Assembly: GCA_051546255.1 (NCBI GenBank)
Contig: CP128820.1
Coordinates: 682,001 to 746,000 of the forward strand
Direction of reading: 5' to 3'
DNA: 64,000 nt
Origin: Meyerozyma guilliermondii
Taxonomy: Eukaryota
A model generated the notes under the pieces. That model saw nothing but the letters and a program-made list of their open reading frames with translations, was not told the DNA's origin and searched no databases. The stretch's first letter is position 1, and every line of letters begins with the position of its first letter. The position numbers were made by a program, and so were the translations under genes. Shown here in pieces: positions 58,485-64,000 of this stretch.

Positions 58485-59074
58485 CATAGTATGTATATAA
58501 AATATGTGTGATACCCAATGAGCGTAATACCCAAATGAGCATTATTTGCAGCCGTGCGACTTGTTTCGAAAAGTGTGGGAGTCTATTTTTCTTTTCAATA
58601 ATGGAGGTTAGGTGGCATTAGTGACCTGAAGTACAGTTTGTATATTCATGAGGATTTTCCATTTTACTGGAACTCTCAATATTTTATTGGAAGCTGTGTT
58701 TGTGAATTTTCAGCCATTAAATTTCTTGTTCGCATTCGCAAATTTCTTAAGACGATATAAACCAGCTGAATTTCAAGAACTACTAGCTACTCTCCATAAA
58801 ATTAGAAAAAGTTTCCTCTAAATTTGCTATCGACTAATTGTGGTAATTTGCAGCCATCGACCATATGAAGCACAAGCCAAAAATACACACTTCTATAATA
58901 TTCTCGATCTTTTCCGATTTGCTGATTTATTGGATCTTTTACTGCCTGCTACTGTTCAATTGGCGATTACTCCCCTAAAAGCTAAGTATTTGTGTCTTAC
59001 TCTTCTTTTCAATTTGCAGCCGACTTCCTGCACATCTACCCATATAATCTCATCGCGCGAAAACATCTTTCACG

Positions 59075-62000
59075 ATGGACCAAGACGATTTATTCGGCGT
59101 CTTCGACGAGGCACCCATAGAGATTAACGAGCCTCCAGTTCCCAAGAAGCGTCATATTGCCGAAAAGGATGCTCAGAGCAAAAAGTTGAAGCTGGAAACC
59201 AACAAAAAACCACAAATCGAGAAAAGTTCCGATGCGGACAAAAACGAAACCGAAAATGAAAATGGCGGTTTGACAAAGAAAGTCCAGCCTGTGTTGTCTG
59301 ATGCTTTGGAAATAGAAGCCTCGCGAGAGGTTGTAGCTTCCAGTGGGCTTTTGGGACAACAGCAAGAAGCCCCCGGCCATTTGAAGCTCCATCATCAAGT
59401 TCGTCATCAGGTTGCAATTCCTCCCGATTACCCATACGTACCCATTGGAGACCACAAGAGAGCCAACGAGGCCCGCACATACCCCTTCACTTTGGATCCG
59501 TTCCAGGATACCGCTATTTCGTGCATCGACAGAAATGAGCTGGTTCTTGTGTCTGCGCATACGTCGGCCGGAAAGACCGTGGTGGCAGAATACGCCATTG
59601 CTCAGTCTCTCAGAGAACACCAACGTGTCATCTACACTTCTCCCATCAAGGCCTTGAGTAACCAGAAATATAGAGAACTTTTGGCCGAGTTTGGTGACGT
59701 TGGTTTGATGACTGGTGATGTGACCATCAATCCAGACGCTGGTTGTTTGGTGATGACCACCGAGATTCTTCGGAGTATGTTGTACAGAGGCTCGGAGGTG
59801 ATGCGAGAAGTTGCTTGGGTGGTTTTCGACGAAGTGCATTACATGAGAGACAAAAGTAGAGGGGTGGTTTGGGAAGAAACCATCATTCTTTTGCCCGATA
59901 AAGTTCACTATGTTTTCCTTTCCGCCACTATCCCCAATGCCATGCAGTTTGCAGAGTGGATTGTCGATATACATGCCCAGCCCTGTCATGTGGTGTACAC
60001 AGATTTCCGTCCAACACCCCTCCAGCATTATCTTTTCCCAGCTTCGGGAGATGGTATTCATTTGGTGGTTGACGAAAAGGGAACTTTCCGTGAGGAAAAC
60101 TTCCAGAAAGCCATGGCATCGATCAGCGACAATTCTGGAGACGACCCCGCCAGCGATACTTCTCGAGGAAAGAAGGGACAGACCTATAAAGGTGGACAAA
60201 AAGATGGAAAACTGGATATCTACAAAATCGTCAAGATGATATACATGAAGCGGTACAACCCTGTGATTGTTTTCTCGTTTTCCAAGCGTGACTGTGAATC
60301 GCTTGCACTCAAGATGTCCAAGCTTGACTTCAACAATGATGAAGAACGTGATGCCTTGACCCAGATCTTCAACAATGCAATCAGCTTGTTGCCTGAATCT
60401 GACAAGGAACTTCCCCAGATCAAAAATATCCTACCCTTATTGAAGAGAGGTATCGGTATTCATCATTCGGGCCTCTTGCCTATCCTTAAGGAAATCATTG
60501 AGATCTTGTTTCAAGAGGGTCTTATCAAGGTTCTCTTTGCTACCGAAACGTTTTCCATTGGACTTAATATGCCTGCAAAGACCGTAGTGTTCACCTCTGT
60601 CCGCAAGTGGGATGGAAAGGGTTTCCGGTGGGTCTCGGGAGGAGAGTATATTCAAATGTCTGGTCGTGCTGGTCGTAGAGGATTGGACGATCGTGGTATT
60701 GTCATTATGATGATCGATGAGAAAATGGAGCCGCAAGTGGCTAAGGGAATGGTGAAAGGTCAGGCAGACCGTTTGGACTCTGCATTTCATTTGGGGTACA
60801 ATATGATCTTGAACTTGATGAGAGTGGAAGGCATATCTCCCGAGTTCATGTTGGCACATTCATTTTTCCAGTTTCAAAATGCTTCTTCTGTACCAGTTAT
60901 GGAAACTCAACTTAGGAAACTCACCGATGAGATTGAGGCTATACACATTGATGACGAAAGTACCATCAAAGAATACTTTGAAATCAACAAGCAGCTCCAA
61001 CAATACAAGGAGGACATGAGACAAGTCATTACCCATCCAGGTCACATTTTGCCTTTCCTTCAACCAGGAAGAGTTGTCAAGATTAAAGTAGGCTCCGACG
61101 ACTACGGTTGGGGTATGGTGACGAGCTACCAGAAACGGAACAACAAGCGTAATCCATCCGATACCTACAAAGACCACGAGCTGTACATTGTCACAGTTTT
61201 TGTGTGCACGATGTTTGTGGATTCCCCAGTCAACTTGATTAAGCCTTTCAATCCCGTATTCCCTGAAGGTATTCGTCCTTCTAAACCGGGAGAAAAGTCA
61301 AGAGCAGAGTATATTCCTATTACTCTTGACTCTATACAAGCCATTAGCAGTGTGAGGTTGAAGGTTCCCACTGAGTTCAAGCTGTCTAGTGCTAAGCGAA
61401 ACCTCGTTAAGACGATGAAGGATCTTCCCAAGAGGCTAGCCGATGGAATACCAGAATTGGATCCGGTGGAGACGATGAAGATTGACGACGGAGATTTCAA
61501 AAACTTGCTTCGCAAAATTGAAGTGTTGGAATCGAGACTCTTCAGCAACCCTCTTCATGATTCTGAGCGTCTCAAGGAACTTTACGACCAGTATGACGCC
61601 AAGATCAAGAAGGAAAACGAAGCCAACGAACTTCGTGAAAAGATTTTGGAAACCAAAGCCGTGATTCAATTGGACGATCTCAGGCATCGCAAGCGAGTTT
61701 TGAGAAGATTGGCGTTCACTACACCTGAGGATATCATCGAACTCAAGGGAAGAGTTGCGTGTGAAATCAGTACTGGAGATGAGTTGCTTTTGACCGAATT
61801 AATCTTCAGCGGAACTTTCAACGAATTGTCGCCAGAACAGTGTGCTGCTCTTCTTTCGTGCTTTGTGTTCCAAGAGCGTGCCAAGGAGACTCCCAGACTC
61901 AAACCAGAGCTCGCTGAACCGCTCAAAACTATGCAAGATATGGCTACGAAAATTGCAAAAGTGTTCCGCGAGTGCAAAATTGAAATTGTTGAAAAAGAAT

Positions 62001-62257
62001 ACGTTGAGCAATTTCGTCCTGAATTGATGGAGGTGACCCATGCTTGGTGCAAGGGAGCTTCTTTCACGCAAATCTGTAAGATGACTGACGTTTATGAGGG
62101 TTCACTTATTCGGATGTTCAAGAGACTTGAGGAAATGCTTCGGCAATTGGTGACGGCTGCAAAAACGATTGGAAACCAGGCGTTGCAAGAAAAAATGGAG
62201 AAGGCCACGGAAATGGTACACAGGGACATTGTTTCGGCGGGGCTGTTGTATTTGTAG
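59075..62257 (+). CDS. MTR4: Ski2-like RNA helicase of the TRAMP complex
   Basis: [31 protein letters not shown], arch domain and the C-terminal SLYL. A PAC motif CTCATCGC lies at 59049-59056. Confidence 0.97.
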   Translation: MDQDDLFGVFDEAPIEINEPPVPKKRHIAEKDAQSKKLKLETNKKPQIEKSSDADKNETENENGGLTKKVQPVLSDALEIEASREVVASSGLLGQQQEAPGHLKLHHQVRHQVAIPPDYPYVPIGDHKRANEARTYPFTLDPFQDTAISCIDRNELVLVSAHTSAGKTVVAEYAIAQSLREHQRVIYTSPIKALSNQKYRELLAEFGDVGLMTGDVTINPDAGCLVMTTEILRSMLYRGSEVMREVAWVVFDEVHYMRDKSRGVVWEETIILLPDKVHYVFLSATIPNAMQFAEWIVDIHAQPCHVVYTDFRPTPLQHYLFPASGDGIHLVVDEKGTFREENFQKAMASISDNSGDDPASDTSRGKKGQTYKGGQKDGKLDIYKIVKMIYMKRYNPVIVFSFSKRDCESLALKMSKLDFNNDEERDALTQIFNNAISLLPESDKELPQIKNILPLLKRGIGIHHSGLLPILKEIIEILFQEGLIKVLFATETFSIGLNMPAKTVVFTSVRKWDGKGFRWVSGGEYIQMSGRAGRRGLDDRGIVIMMIDEKMEPQVAKGMVKGQADRLDSAFHLGYNMILNLMRVEGISPEFMLAHSFFQFQNASSVPVMETQLRKLTDEIEAIHIDDESTIKEYFEINKQLQQYKEDMRQVITHPGHILPFLQPGRVVKIKVGSDDYGWGMVTSYQKRNNKRNPSDTYKDHELYIVTVFVCTMFVDSPVNLIKPFNPVFPEGIRPSKPGEKSRAEYIPITLDSIQAISSVRLKVPTEFKLSSAKRNLVKTMKDLPKRLADGIPELDPVETMKIDDGDFKNLLRKIEVLESRLFSNPLHDSERLKELYDQYDAKIKKENEANELREKILETKAVIQLDDLRHRKRVLRRLAFTTPEDIIELKGRVACEISTGDELLLTELIFSGTFNELSPEQCAALLSCFVFQERAKETPRLKPELAEPLKTMQDMATKIAKVFRECKIEIVEKEYVEQFRPELMEVTHAWCKGASFTQICKMTDVYEGSLIRMFKRLEEMLRQLVTAAKTIGNQALQEKMEKATEMVHRDIVSAGLLYL

Positions 62258-62428
62258 ATAGAGAACACCTTAATATTGAACATTTACTAATGCATTTGTA
62301 AGACAGTGAAAAGAACTAAAGAGAAATGAAGCAGTGTTCTTTGGAAATACTCTTCTCAGGTATTTTTTGAAGCTGACTGGGTAGTACTATTACTGCTGTT
62401 CTTGTTCCAAAAGGCCTAAGAAATTGAT

Positions 62429-62506
62429 AATGGCTGCAAATCTGATTTATTTGAATTAATGTTATACGATAACAGTATTAATTAAACTTTTTCATTTGCA
62501 GCCATT
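62429..62506. repeat. Inverted repeat / 78-nt hairpin
   Basis: AATGGCTGCAAAT (62429-62441) and ATTTGCAGCCATT (62494-62506) are perfect complements, with inner arms AATTAAT/ATTAATT and GTTAT/ATAAC. Confidence 0.7.
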
Positions 62507-63323
62507 TTTAACTTGTGCAAAGATGGCACATTTAAGGAACAAATTGATAAAATATACATAATGACCACAATCTGTATCACCTTCTGTTTGTCTTATTGGG
62601 TCTTCTAGTGATCTAGTGTACAAGGCGGTAGATATTGATATGCGTAATTCCAGTGAAGAGAATCGAATCAGAATGATCGCAAAAAACGCCACATAGAGTC
62701 AATTTTGGACAAAAAGTGCCAACAACAACTGAGTAAAGAAATCCAGATTCACGAAGTTCCACTGTGGGCAAACCGTTCATGATTTCTCATCAACATCTCA
62801 CGAAACTTTACATTTCCGCTCAGACAAAGAAATGAAACATATAATTTTAGTCTAATGATTTCCGTATGCGCTCCAGTGTCTCTAACAGCACGTTGAATAG
62901 CTCCTCACATAGCACTCAGTCTCAAACAGCGACGGGCAGTTTAATATCTTCAAAGAACGAGGCCATTGATATTTCAAACGAGTCTTCCTTTGAAATTTTT
63001 ATCTCGATTCTCTTGCACCTTTTTCTTGAGTATCTACCGTTTCTATTGTTCTGAGAGATTTCAGATCATATACTCTGGTGTACAGATTATATGGCAAACG
63101 ATACTATGTGTTTGGGTCATAAATGGTTAGCTTTTGTCATGAATGGCGTTACTCTCAAAACTAAAAACTCCTAATCGAATTGACCTCATCATATAAAACT
63201 CGACCTAAGTTTGAGGAAAATGTTCTTGAAATTAAAACATGCTCAAGCCACGGTTCTATTTCTGGAGTCATGAAAACCCTCTGTTTCTATGAGCGACTTC
63301 AATTTTATAGACCAGCTATACTA

Positions 63324-64000
63324 TTATATACGGCACTTGTAAGGATTCTGGGAGCAGTATTTTGGTGCAATAGGGCTAGGGCGCTTTCCTTCTGCCACTA
63401 ATTGCTCTCTGAACTGGTGTAAACGAATTCCAAAGTCTTCCAATCTCAACTCGCCGTTTTCATCTTTGTTCCCACTCCAAGCTAGTTCGCCAAGAGCAGC
63501 AGTTCGAGGCCAGATCTTTTGTGTCAACACAAGACTATCCACTTGTTCTGACCACAATGGAGCTTCGTAACCTAGAACATGCTGCTGTTGCGACTTTGTG
63601 AAGTTGGAAAGAATGTCCATAGAATAAATTCTTTGCCATGTTTTGTACGGACCACACCATGAGTCCTTTCCCAAGTAATTCCATTCATAATTGACTTCAT
63701 TATCAACGAACCGCTTGTCGTTAATGAGATACGAAGGTCCAATTCCACAATCCAAGTATAGGAAGGAAGAAGAGGAAATAATCACATCGTAGCCTTTGGA
63801 GGTGAGAACATTGACATTCTCATGTTCATTCCATGACTGGAGAATGATGTCTTTTGGAAGATCACTAGCATTCATGGACGACAATACAATATCTTCCCAC
63901 ATTATTAGTCTTCTCTCCTTCTTGTCTCGGAAAAGAGGAAGAGTCCGAGATAACCAATGATCCACCAACTGATTATACTTTCCAGGATGCTCTTGCAACC
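63324..64000 (-). CDS. HEX1: Beta-N-acetylhexosaminidase (GH20), C-terminal part (5' outside window)
   Basis: IMWED, LYLDCG, SWCGPYKTWQRIY, LGYEAPLWSEQVD, IWPRTAALGELAWSG. Confidence 0.92.
   Translation of the reverse strand, partial: LQEHPGKYNQLVDHWLSRTLPLFRDKKERRLIMWEDIVLSSMNASDLPKDIILQSWNEHENVNVLTSKGYDVIISSSSFLYLDCGIGPSYLINDKRFVDNEVNYEWNYLGKDSWCGPYKTWQRIYSMDILSNFTKSQQQHVLGYEAPLWSEQVDSLVLTQKIWPRTAALGELAWSGNKDENGELRLEDFGIRLHQFREQLVAEGKRPSPIAPKYCSQNPYKCRI

Overview
A compact, intron-poor chromosomal segment of a CTG-clade (CUG=Ser) Saccharomycotina yeast. The gene density and style suggest Meyerozyma; that species call is inference. It holds about 34 protein genes, mostly housekeeping: WDR44-like WD40 (partial), IRR1, RSC8, FTR1, FMP41, DCD1, NCR1, CRP1/MDG1 (spliced), RPC10, AEP3-like, WSC4-like, YPI1, RIM101, SLM3, dynactin p24-like, PPWD1-type cyclophilin, EAF-domain protein, LCL3, PCM1, KAR9, DIM1, KEL3, RRB1, PRP6, MAD1, MMS2 (spliced), SOM1, GUP1, YEL1-like, PUP3, CMC2, PRC1, MTR4 and HEX1 (partial). 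Four tRNA genes lie in two co-oriented pairs (Tyr-Thr 8 nt apart; Ile-Ala 85 nt apart). The supplied ORF track reads CTG as Leu and often starts upstream of the real ATG, so starts were corrected by hand. The most unusual element is the gene at 38063-39799 (-). It encodes a secreted, putatively GPI-anchored precursor cut by five KR sites into charge-alternating, Cys-containing repeat peptides carrying 1, 2 and 3 modules. All gene names rest on recalled motifs; no database searches were run.
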